From: Ktedonobacterales bacterium
GTDB taxonomy: Bacteria > Chloroflexota > Ktedonobacteria > Ktedonobacterales > JACDGC01
Assembly: GCA_038234855.1 (NCBI GenBank)
Contig: JBBQSR010000001.1
Location: 1 to 37,299, forward strand
DNA: 37,299 nt
Direction: 5' to 3'
Shown here one piece after another: positions 30,687 through 37,299 of this stretch (position 1 is the stretch's first letter; every line of letters starts with the position of its first letter). The position numbers were made by a program, and so were the translations under genes. Under the pieces are notes generated by a model that made no database searches, was not told where the DNA came from, and saw only the letters and a list, made by a program, of their open reading frames with translations.

Positions 30687-30714
30687 ATTATACTGCATTG
30701 TGGTGGGATGTCAA
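30687..30714 (-). promoter_or_regulatory. near-consensus sigma70 promoter TTGACA-16-TATAAT
   Basis: The minus strand reads GCTTGACATCCCACCACAATGCAGTATAATGGG, about 40 nt upstream of ATG 30646. Confidence 0.65.
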
Positions 30715-30875
30715 GCTATTCTATCGCGATGAGCGTTCGCCTCGCGGGAAACGCTCTCTGTAACGACGTGGTGCTCGTCGGCGCTGAATGGGGTGATCTC
30801 GCCCCCTTGCCAAAATCAGCCCGAAGCGACAGAATGGGCATGCAGAGATTCTTTGATGCAAGGAGCCATTTCCCC

Positions 30876-31553
30876 ATGCCATTGGTGTTACCTGAAAGCT
30901 GGCAGCCGTTGCTCGCCGAAGAGACGCAGAAGCCCTATTTCGCCGCGCTGGAACGCTTCGTCGATGACGAACGCAGCAAGCACAGCATCTTTCCCCCCGA
31001 GGCGGATGTCTTTAACGCGTTGCGCTACACGCCCTATGACGCGGTGAACGTGCTGCTGCTGGGGCAAGACCCGTACCACGATGACGGCCAGGCGCATGGC
31101 CTGTGCTTCTCGGTGCGACCAGGGGTGAAGCCGCCCCCCTCGCTGCGCAACATGTTTGGCGAGATGAAAAGCGATGTGGGCGCGAAATTCCCGAACAACG
31201 GCTACCTGGTGCCCTGGGCCGATCAAGGCATCCTCTTGCTGAATGCCGTGCTGACCGTGCGCGCCCACGAAGCGAACTCACATAAGGATCACGGCTGGGA
31301 AACCTTCACCGATGCCGTCATTCGCAAGGTCAACGAGAAGACGGATCAGGTGATCTTCGTGCTGTGGGGCAGCTACGCCCGCAAGAAGGCCGCGCTCATC
31401 GACACGGCGCGCCATGTCATCATCGAGTCCGCGCATCCCTCGCCCCTCTCGGCGAATAGCGGCTTCTTTGGCAGCAAGCCCTTCTCGAAGATCAATGCTG
31501 CGCTGCGCCGCGCGGGCAAGCCTGAAATCACCTGGCAATTGCCCGATCTGTAG
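30876..31553 (+). CDS. ung: uracil-DNA glycosylase, family 1
   Basis: 225 aa from ATG 30876, with AAGGAG 12 nt upstream. Motifs LLLGQDPYH, GLCFSV, LLLNAVLTV and AHPSPLSA align along the length of E. coli Ung. Confidence 0.9.
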   Translation: MPLVLPESWQPLLAEETQKPYFAALERFVDDERSKHSIFPPEADVFNALRYTPYDAVNVLLLGQDPYHDDGQAHGLCFSVRPGVKPPPSLRNMFGEMKSDVGAKFPNNGYLVPWADQGILLLNAVLTVRAHEANSHKDHGWETFTDAVIRKVNEKTDQVIFVLWGSYARKKAALIDTARHVIIESAHPSPLSANSGFFGSKPFSKINAALRRAGKPEITWQLPDL

Positions 31554-31569
31554 CGGGTGTGAGCGCATC

Positions 31570-31622
31570 GCACGAGGCGGCGGGTGTTCAGGCGCGGTTT
31601 CCCCCGCCCGCTGTCCTCGTGC
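31570..31622. terminator. hairpin between convergent ung and GNAT genes
   Basis: Outer 8-bp arms GCACGAGG / CCTCGTGC enclose a GC-rich inner stem (GCGGCGGG...CCCGCCCGC). Confidence 0.5.
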
Positions 31623-31649
31623 CATGCGCAGAGACGCTCAGCCCATTCG

Positions 31650-32063
31650 CTACCTGCCAGTGGGAAATTCGAGGATGCCGCCCAGCCCCGTCGCGAAGCC
31701 GCAGCGTTCGTAAAAGCCTTGCTTTTCTGGCAGATAATCGACATGGACGATGCTGATGCCTGCCGCCTGGCACTGCGCGAGGGCGGTGCGGATCAACGAC
31801 AGCCCATGCCCCTGACCCTGGTAACTGGGATGCACGATGACGTCGAGCAGCACCGCGTGGTACACGCCGTCGCTGAGGATGGCGCACCATGCGACCAACA
31901 TGCCATCCTCAGCGCGCCCACTGATGGTGGCCCAATAGCCCTGGAATGCAGCAGGGTAATCGCTCTCTTGGCGGTCCCAGCCCACCGCTGCACGCAGATC
32001 GCCGAGTTCCGTTGGCGTCGGGTGCTGGTTCACGGTAAAGGTCACGTCACGCATGGGCATCAC
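31650..32063 (-). CDS. GNAT-family N-acetyltransferase
   Basis: 137 aa. The acetyl-CoA motif A context is VHPSYQGQGHGLSLIRTAL, and the C-terminus has FYERCGF. Confidence 0.85.
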   Translation of the reverse strand: MMPMRDVTFTVNQHPTPTELGDLRAAVGWDRQESDYPAAFQGYWATISGRAEDGMLVAWCAILSDGVYHAVLLDVIVHPSYQGQGHGLSLIRTALAQCQAAGISIVHVDYLPEKQGFYERCGFATGLGGILEFPTGR

Positions 32064-32682
32064 GCGCGATCAATGTCACTAGCGCCACCAGGCTCGACGG
32101 CACCCCCTGAGATTCCGCCCAGGCGACCATGCCATTGCCGCCAATGGGCGTCCCCAAGCGCCAGTGTCGCCAGGTGGGCCATGCCGCCCTGCGCAGTCGC
32201 AGCACCACGCAGAGCACGCCCCCCGCGATCAGGAAGCGCCCCCCCAGCATCACGAATGGCGGCGCACCCTGCACCGCGTAGTGGATCGCCAGGTAGGTTG
32301 ACCCCCAGATGAGGTAGACCGCCAAGAGACTCGCCAGCACCGCCTCAGTGCTGGCGAAGCGCACCTGCACCAGATAGCCGTCCTCACTGGCGATAGGGTG
32401 CACCTCTTGCATCTCGGGCCGCGCGGCCAGCGGCTCCCCCGTCGAAAATGATCTCAACCGTTCGTCGGCTCGCCCCGAGATGAAGGCCAGCAACCCCAGG
32501 TCCAGCGCGCGGGGGGTCAGTCGCGCCTTGTCGCGCTGGATCGGTTGGCGTGTTTCCAGCTTGCGGACGCGTTCCCAGATGGTGAAGGGGGCCATGCACA
32601 ACTGTCGCGCGCTCTCAGTGTTGCTGGTACGCGCGTCGCGCTGAAGAATCGCCAGTAGGTGTCGGTCAGTGGCAGCAATCAT
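32047..32682 (-). CDS. chimeric ORF: Lrp/AsnC-family regulator fused in frame to a truncated EamA/DMT (YedA-like) N-terminal fragment; probably a decay or fusion product
   Basis: aa 1-~125 carry the HTH_AsnC pattern (DRHLLAILQRDARTS...RVRKLE...RLTPRALDLGLLAFI...EVHPIASEDGYLVQVRF). aa ~126-211 read LAVYLIWGSTYLAIHYAVQGAPPFVMLGGRFLIAG...GGNGMVAWAESQGVPSSL, matching the first ~3 TM helices of YedA-type DMT proteins with an internal gap. RBS GGAGGA. The 3' end overlaps the GNAT start by 17 nt. Confidence 0.6.
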   Translation of the reverse strand: MIAATDRHLLAILQRDARTSNTESARQLCMAPFTIWERVRKLETRQPIQRDKARLTPRALDLGLLAFISGRADERLRSFSTGEPLAARPEMQEVHPIASEDGYLVQVRFASTEAVLASLLAVYLIWGSTYLAIHYAVQGAPPFVMLGGRFLIAGGVLCVVLRLRRAAWPTWRHWRLGTPIGGNGMVAWAESQGVPSSLVALVTLIARDAHA

Positions 32683-32799
32683 TCGCGCATCCTCCTGATA
32701 GAGAGCATATGCGGCGGAAAATGGGCGAAACGCAAGCGGTATAGCCTGGCCGCTCAGCCGCCGAGCATCGCGTTGGCGATGGCTGGCAGAGGATGCGTG

Positions 32800-34311
32800 C
32801 TAGACGCGCGCGGCCTTGGCGAAGTCTTGCTCGACCAGTTCGGCGGCGATCTTGCCCGACAGCATTACCAGGGGCAGCCCGCCGCCAGGGTGCACGCTGC
32901 CCCCCGCGAAGTAGAGGCCGGGGATGCGGCTGCGGTTGCCGGGGCGCTGGAACGGCGCGAAAAGCGAATTCGACGAGAAGCCGTAGATCGCCCCGCGCTG
33001 CGCGCCATAGCGCGTTTCCAGATCGTTGGGGGTGATGATCTGCTCATACACGATGTGGGCGCGCAGGTCGTTCAGCCCCATCCGTTCCAGCTTCTCGATG
33101 ACGAGGTCGCGGTACGTCTCGCGCTCGGCGGCCCAACTGAACTCGGCGCTGAGATAGGGCGCGTTGACCAGCACGAAGAGGTTTTCGCCGCCTGGCGGGG
33201 CCTGGGTCGGGTCCGTTCGTGACGTAGCACAGACATAGATGGTGGGGTCGCGCGGGGCCACCAACCGCGTAAAGATGTCGATGAACTCTTCGCGGTAGTC
33301 GTGCGAGAAAAAGATGTTGTGGTGCTGCAACTGCTCGAAACGGCAATCCGTCCCCAAGAGCAGCACGAAACCGGAAAGGGATGGCTCCATCGCTTCCAGG
33401 CGGTCCAGCGTGGTACGTGGGCGAAAGTCGGCGGGGACGAGGCGGCGATAGGTGGTGGCGATATCGACATTTGCGATGACCGCGTCGGCGGTGTAGACCG
33501 TGCCGTCGACCAGTTCCACGCCCGTCGCTCCCTTGCTCGGCTCGCAGCGGATCTGGCGCACCGGGGCGGCGGTGTGCACGGTCGCGCCGACCTTCGCCAG
33601 CAGCCCCAGCAGGGCTTCGGCGATCTGGTACATGCCGCCACGTGGGTACCACGCGCCAAAGCCATATTCTACATACGGGATGATGGCATAGACAGCGGGC
33701 GTGCGATAGGGCGAGGAGCCGTTGTAGGTCGCGTAGCGGTCAAAGAGTTGCCGCATGTGGGGGTCGCGAAAGTAATTGCGCACCAAGGCGTCGAGCGTCA
33801 GGGGGGCGAGGACGCGCCCGATATCTTGCGGGCGATTTAGCCGCTGCAAGAAGGCGCTGCCTATCCGCTTGGCCTCTAGGGGTGAGTAAAGAAAGGGTTG
33901 CGCCGTCACCTCATAGACCCGCCGCCCATAGTCGAGGAAGCGGGGAAAGTTGTCGGCGTCGCGTTCGCTGAACTCGGAGATCGCCGCCATCATGCGCCCC
34001 TCATCCGAGGAGGCGTCGAAGATGATGCCATCGGGGTAGAAATAGCGACAGATGGGGTCGAGGGGCAGCAGTTCCAGTTCGTCGTCGAGCGAGGCACCAG
34101 CGGCGGCGAAAAGGTCACGCGCGACATCGGGCATGGTCAACAGCGAGGGGCCGGTGTCAAAGCGCCACTCGCCATCCTCCACCAGATTCAGCTTGCCCCC
34201 GACGCGCGCGTTGCGCTCGAAGATCTGCACCTCGTGCCCTTGCGCCGCCAGACGAATCCCCGCCGCCATGCCGCCGACACCCGCCCCGATGATCGCGATG
34301 CGCTTGCTCAC
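32800..34311 (-). CDS. phytoene-desaturase (CrtI) family FAD-dependent oxidoreductase
   Basis: GTG 34311 has GGAGGGG 8 nt upstream and gives MSKRIAIIGAGVGGMAAGIRLAAQGHEVQIFERNARVGGKL (Rossmann dinucleotide fold). The C-terminal signature is LYFAGGSVHPGGGLPLV. The exact substrate (CrtI, CrtD or CrtN) cannot be determined. Confidence 0.85.
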   Translation of the reverse strand: MSKRIAIIGAGVGGMAAGIRLAAQGHEVQIFERNARVGGKLNLVEDGEWRFDTGPSLLTMPDVARDLFAAAGASLDDELELLPLDPICRYFYPDGIIFDASSDEGRMMAAISEFSERDADNFPRFLDYGRRVYEVTAQPFLYSPLEAKRIGSAFLQRLNRPQDIGRVLAPLTLDALVRNYFRDPHMRQLFDRYATYNGSSPYRTPAVYAIIPYVEYGFGAWYPRGGMYQIAEALLGLLAKVGATVHTAAPVRQIRCEPSKGATGVELVDGTVYTADAVIANVDIATTYRRLVPADFRPRTTLDRLEAMEPSLSGFVLLLGTDCRFEQLQHHNIFFSHDYREEFIDIFTRLVAPRDPTIYVCATSRTDPTQAPPGGENLFVLVNAPYLSAEFSWAAERETYRDLVIEKLERMGLNDLRAHIVYEQIITPNDLETRYGAQRGAIYGFSSNSLFAPFQRPGNRSRIPGLYFAGGSVHPGGGLPLVMLSGKIAAELVEQDFAKAARV

Positions 34312-34394
34312 GCCCGTTGCCCCTCCGTGCTGGTTCCCTTCTCTCCATAGTAGCACAGGGGGGCCGAGAAAGGAGATGAGCGGCGCACAATGGG

Positions 34395-35372
34395 CTAGTC
34401 AGCCAGCAGGGGCGGCGCGGCGATGGAGACGCTCTGGCTGCGGACGCGCACCAAAAAGTCATTGGCGGTGCCGTAGTCTGGCAGATCGGGCAGCGGTGAC
34501 GTGGCCATCAATGCCTCGAATTGCCGTTGCAGCGTGTTCGCCCAGTTCGAGCTTTCCTCGAAGGACATGCGCCCCGTGCGGATCGCCAACAATTCCGTCC
34601 CGTGCTCGTGGGCCGTCACATCCAGTTCCCCCGTGCGGGCGGCGCTGATGCCCGAGAGCAGCAAGCGTACCAGATGCATGGTGTGGCGGGGCTGGGGTTG
34701 CTCGCCTCGGTCGCGCGCCCGCATCATCTTGCGAAACTGGCTCATCACATAGCCGGTGAAGGTGGTGAAGATCAGCTTCGACGGGAAGGCGTCGCGGATC
34801 GACCGCAGGTCGCGCCCCAGGTCGCTGGTCGCCGTGATGGCGGGCGTGTAGAGCGTTTCCAGGACGGCGGGGTTCGCTGCCAGGCCCAGCCGCACGAACT
34901 TTTCGACCTCCCAATAGACCTCTTCGATGGGTGGCCCGCCGGTGGTGGAGGGCCGCTGCATCTCGATCTGTTCGAGCGGTTTATAGAGCGACCAGTGCAA
35001 CGCGGCGGGCGGCAGATAGACCCCGCGTACGCCATCTTCCTCGGTGTCGGCGTCGTCCAGGCCATAGGCCCGCGCGCCCACCCGCACCCGATAAAAGACG
35101 TAATCGGTCCAGTTGACGTGGTCGGGGGCCAGCATGTCCAGTTCAGCGGTCATCAGCGTGCGCCGCACGATCAGGTGGCGGCGCGGCAGCGTAAAGACCG
35201 CGCCATCCGAAAAGCGAACGGTATAGGGTTCGTCGGTTCCCTCCAACGCCTGGGTTACTTCGCCGATGTAGCCAGGTTTGCGGTTGGTCGCCTGACCCTC
35301 GGCGGGCAGGTGCGTCCCGGCGCGCAGTACGACCTGGGTGCCGGGGGTAAGGCGAGATACTTCTCGATTCAT
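34395..35372 (-). CDS. RlaP-like (Pfam Nuc-transf PF10127-type) nucleotidyltransferase with an N-terminal SH3-like extension
   Basis: 325 aa. Pol-beta-type NTase motif region VGARAYGLDDADTEEDGVRGVY (canonical GSxxYG...DSDxDxRGV). The ~75-aa N-terminus carries a PGYIGEV...EPYTVRFSDGAVFTLP pattern reminiscent of DUF1918-type SH3-like domains. Family names are from memory. Confidence 0.65.
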   Translation of the reverse strand: MNREVSRLTPGTQVVLRAGTHLPAEGQATNRKPGYIGEVTQALEGTDEPYTVRFSDGAVFTLPRRHLIVRRTLMTAELDMLAPDHVNWTDYVFYRVRVGARAYGLDDADTEEDGVRGVYLPPAALHWSLYKPLEQIEMQRPSTTGGPPIEEVYWEVEKFVRLGLAANPAVLETLYTPAITATSDLGRDLRSIRDAFPSKLIFTTFTGYVMSQFRKMMRARDRGEQPQPRHTMHLVRLLLSGISAARTGELDVTAHEHGTELLAIRTGRMSFEESSNWANTLQRQFEALMATSPLPDLPDYGTANDFLVRVRSQSVSIAAPPLLAD

Positions 35373-35472
35373 GGAATAAATCCTTCAGCGTTGCGTGCGT
35401 CAGATCGAGGTGCGCGGGGAGGGAATCCAGCGGTGTTCGCTTCCTGGCATGCCTGATAGTCGCTCTGTTCTA

Positions 35473-35481
35473 ACGATAGCA
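35473..35481 (-). promoter_or_regulatory. extended -10 element TGCTATCGT overlapping a GATAG-N5-CTATC inverted repeat
   Basis: The minus strand reads AGATAGTTTTGCTATCGTTAG, about 100 nt upstream of ATG 35372, in an AT-rich patch. Confidence 0.4.
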
Positions 35482-35559
35482 AAACTATCTTACAAAGCGG
35501 ATTACAGGTATCTGAGATCTTATACAAACTATCGGCAAGCCATGCCGCTTCGGTAGGGC

Positions 35560-35619
35560 ACCAGGGGGAAACCCCTGCGATTTCCCTGGTCGCAAAGACC
35601 TCCGGCGCGACGCTGCGCC
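35560..35619. other. cluster of small hairpins with competing pairings in a divergent intergenic region
   Basis: CAGGGG-GAAA-CCCCTG (35562-35577, a GNRA tetraloop). The alternative 7-bp pairing ACCAGGG (35560-35566) / CCCTGGT (35584-35590) reuses the same 5' arm. A further hairpin is GGCGC-GACGCT-GCGCC (35604-35619). Confidence 0.3.
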
Positions 35620-35800
35620 TAGTGAGCGCCATTCAGCAGTGAAGAGGCATTCATATAGAATGTGAGCATTTCGCGCCCCATAATTCACACTCACGGGACC
35701 AATGGATGAGGTGAGGGGGAGGGCGGCACCCCTGGCAGTGGGGCGGCACTTTGGATTATACTGCAAACAGAGAGATGAGCGCGCAAGGGAGGCGAAGGCG

Positions 35801-36571
35801 ATGGGCAACGACGCTGCGGATGCGGTGCCACACGTCATGATGCAGACGACCGTTCCCCTGCCGATGCTGGGGGGCGAACTGCCCCTGTTGGTGACGGTCG
35901 ATCAGCGGGGCTACGTGCCCGTGGCAGCCCTGTGTCACCTGATGGGCGTGCGCCCCGAAACCTATCTGGCGAAGTGGCAACGCGCCCCCTTTTGGTCCGA
36001 GGCGCTGAAATTGCCCTGGCAAACGCCCGCGCGTGGTCGCCGCGCCGTCTGGTGCCTGGAACGCCACGCCCTGAAAGACGCCATCAAGACCATCGATTGG
36101 CACGGCATCGAGCCAGCCCGCCGCGAGCAACTGATGACCTTCTCGCAAGAATATGAGACGCTGCTGCAAGAGAGCTACGCCGGACTGCTCGAAGAATATC
36201 GCGCCTTTCGCCGGATGCTCTATCGTCTGCTGACGACCTACGCCCGCATTGCGGAACGCTTGCAATCTTTCCGCGAACGGCTGGGGCTGATCCTCAGCCG
36301 TCACGCGATGGACCAAGTGGGCGCGGTGCTGGATGAGGGCGAGCAGATCATCAGCGTCGGGGCCGACTTCGCCGCCGCGCATGTCCGCGCCATCGAGGGG
36401 GCCGACACGCTGCAAACGCTGGCGCGCGGTGCCCAGGACGCCACCGTGACCGAGGTGACGATTCCCCCCATCAGCCGGGCCGATTTCGACGCGCTCAGTC
36501 AGCACCTCGACCGATTTTCCGCCTGGCAAGATCGCTTCGACGCCTTCTTGCATCGCTATGGCATCTCGTGA
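35801..36571 (+). CDS. hypothetical protein (possible N-terminal DNA-binding-like region plus helical C-terminal half)
   Basis: 256 aa from ATG 35801, with GGGAGG 11 nt upstream. GC3-rich coding pattern. I recognise no family. The C-terminal half is Leu/Arg/Glu-rich helical sequence. Confidence 0.6.
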   Translation: MGNDAADAVPHVMMQTTVPLPMLGGELPLLVTVDQRGYVPVAALCHLMGVRPETYLAKWQRAPFWSEALKLPWQTPARGRRAVWCLERHALKDAIKTIDWHGIEPARREQLMTFSQEYETLLQESYAGLLEEYRAFRRMLYRLLTTYARIAERLQSFRERLGLILSRHAMDQVGAVLDEGEQIISVGADFAAAHVRAIEGADTLQTLARGAQDATVTEVTIPPISRADFDALSQHLDRFSAWQDRFDAFLHRYGIS

Positions 36572-36608
36572 CTTCCCGCTTCTTGACGAATGATGTGCCC
36601 CAAAACCG

Positions 36609-36617
36609 TGCTAATGT
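36609..36617 (+). promoter_or_regulatory. extended -10 element TGCTAATGT
   Basis: 57 nt upstream of ATG 36674. Same TGCTA core as the other predicted promoters. Confidence 0.35.
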
Positions 36618-36673
36618 TCGTGATTGCCTCGTCTTGCTTAGAGCATTGATGCTTGTTTCATAAAGGAGATAGT

Positions 36674-37299
36674 ATGCTCAGCGCCCCCTCCATGCCGCCG
36701 CTCACGTCCCCGCCCATCGCGCCGCGCACCCCACCTGTCGCCGAACGATGCAGCACCTGGCTGCGGGGGCATGCCGCAGGCGTGGCGGCGGGGGGCATCA
36801 TCTTGGTGGCGGTGCTGGTGCGCGTCGCGCTGGCGGCGGCGGGCTGGCCCGGCAGCAACAGCGACGATGCCACGATGGGGATCATCGCGAAACACATTCT
36901 GGTACGCGGCGAACACCCGATCTTCTTTTATGGGCAAGCCTACATGGGTACCATCGAGGCCTATTTGGGCGCGGGATTCTTCGCCGTCCTCGGCATCTCG
37001 GCCTTCGCGCTGAAGTGTGGCCTGATCCTGCTCTACGCGCTCTTCATGGGGGCGATGTATGCGCTGCTGCGCGCGACCTTCACGCCGCGTGTGGCGCTGG
37101 TGGGGCTGCTGCTGCTGGCCGTGGGGTCCGATGAACAGCTTGCCCTGCAACTGGAAGCCTATGGCGGCTACCTCGAAACGCTCCTCTTCGGCGCGCTGCT
37201 GATCGTGACCGCGATGTGGCTCATCCGCCGCTCTGACGCTCCCCCGCGCACCTGGTCGCAGTGGGGTCGCTTCGCCCTGTGGGGCCTCCTCGCGGGCAT
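36674..37299 (+). CDS. GT39 / ArnT-PMT-like membrane glycosyltransferase, N-terminal part (runs off the window)
   Basis: ATG 36674 lies 5 nt after AAAGGAG and the frame is open to the window end (absent from the track because it has no stop). Translation: ...GWPGSNSDDATMGIIAKHILVRGEHPIFFYGQAYMGTIEAYLGAGFF..., the typical N-terminal loop-1 motif of family-39 glycosyltransferases, followed by TM helices. Confidence 0.75.
   Translation, partial: MLSAPSMPPLTSPPIAPRTPPVAERCSTWLRGHAAGVAAGGIILVAVLVRVALAAAGWPGSNSDDATMGIIAKHILVRGEHPIFFYGQAYMGTIEAYLGAGFFAVLGISAFALKCGLILLYALFMGAMYALLRATFTPRVALVGLLLLAVGSDEQLALQLEAYGGYLETLLFGALLIVTAMWLIRRSDAPPRTWSQWGRFALWGLLAG

Noticed and set aside
1-37299. Search for tRNA, rRNA, tmRNA, CRISPR arrays, IS elements, integrases, att-like direct repeats around the low-GC islet (21990-22530), and known riboswitch cores.
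   Set aside because: None was recognisable by eye: no T-loop GTTCGAATC-type motifs, no repeat-spacer periodicity, no transposase- or integrase-like ORFs, and no flanking direct repeats. Covariance-model scans (tRNAscan-SE, Rfam) would be needed to be definitive.

Overview
High-GC window (about two-thirds G+C by eye), densely coding on both strands and mostly chromosomal housekeeping or accessory metabolism. No rRNA, tRNA, CRISPR array, transposase or integrase was seen. The source organism cannot be determined; PT-rich linkers, recurrent extended -10 promoters and a CrtI-type gene fit a high-GC monoderm such as Chloroflexota or Actinomycetota.

Gene content, left to right:
- Epoxide-hydrolase-like fragment, a polytopic membrane protein and an MFS sugar-type symporter.
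- An intact RelE/ParE-type TA pair.
- An operon of two signal-peptide-less HtrA-like PDZ proteases, translationally coupled to a LuxR regulator with a degenerate receiver.
- A TetR plus DHA2-MFS efflux pair with two matching palindromic operators.
- A 630-bp non-coding gap holding a candidate GU-rich sRNA.
- Two paralogous MCPs in inverted orientation, flanking murE and bioY.
- A small Cys-rich protein, a TPR protein, a soluble triple-GAF histidine kinase and a stand-alone receiver.
- A frameshifted RidA gene.
- A low-GC islet with an intact antitoxin and a decayed RelE/ParE toxin.
- A 1027-aa Upf1-like SF1 helicase fused to a C-terminal DUF559/Vsr-like nuclease.
- Two tandem paralogous single-pass membrane proteins with Pro/Tyr/Gln-rich tails.
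- An MFS_3 transporter, XRE-HTH coupled to map, ung and a GNAT.
- An Lrp-EamA chimeric ORF, a CrtI-family desaturase and an RlaP-like nucleotidyltransferase.
- A hypothetical protein and the 5' part of a GT39 glycosyltransferase.

The best candidate for an undescribed system is the helicase-nuclease gene with its adjacent decaying TA module (21970-25706). Next come the protease-protease-pseudo-receiver operon (4239-6864) and the duplicated membrane-protein pair (25827-27894). All family assignments rest on motif recognition by eye, with no database search, so treat them as hypotheses with the stated confidence.
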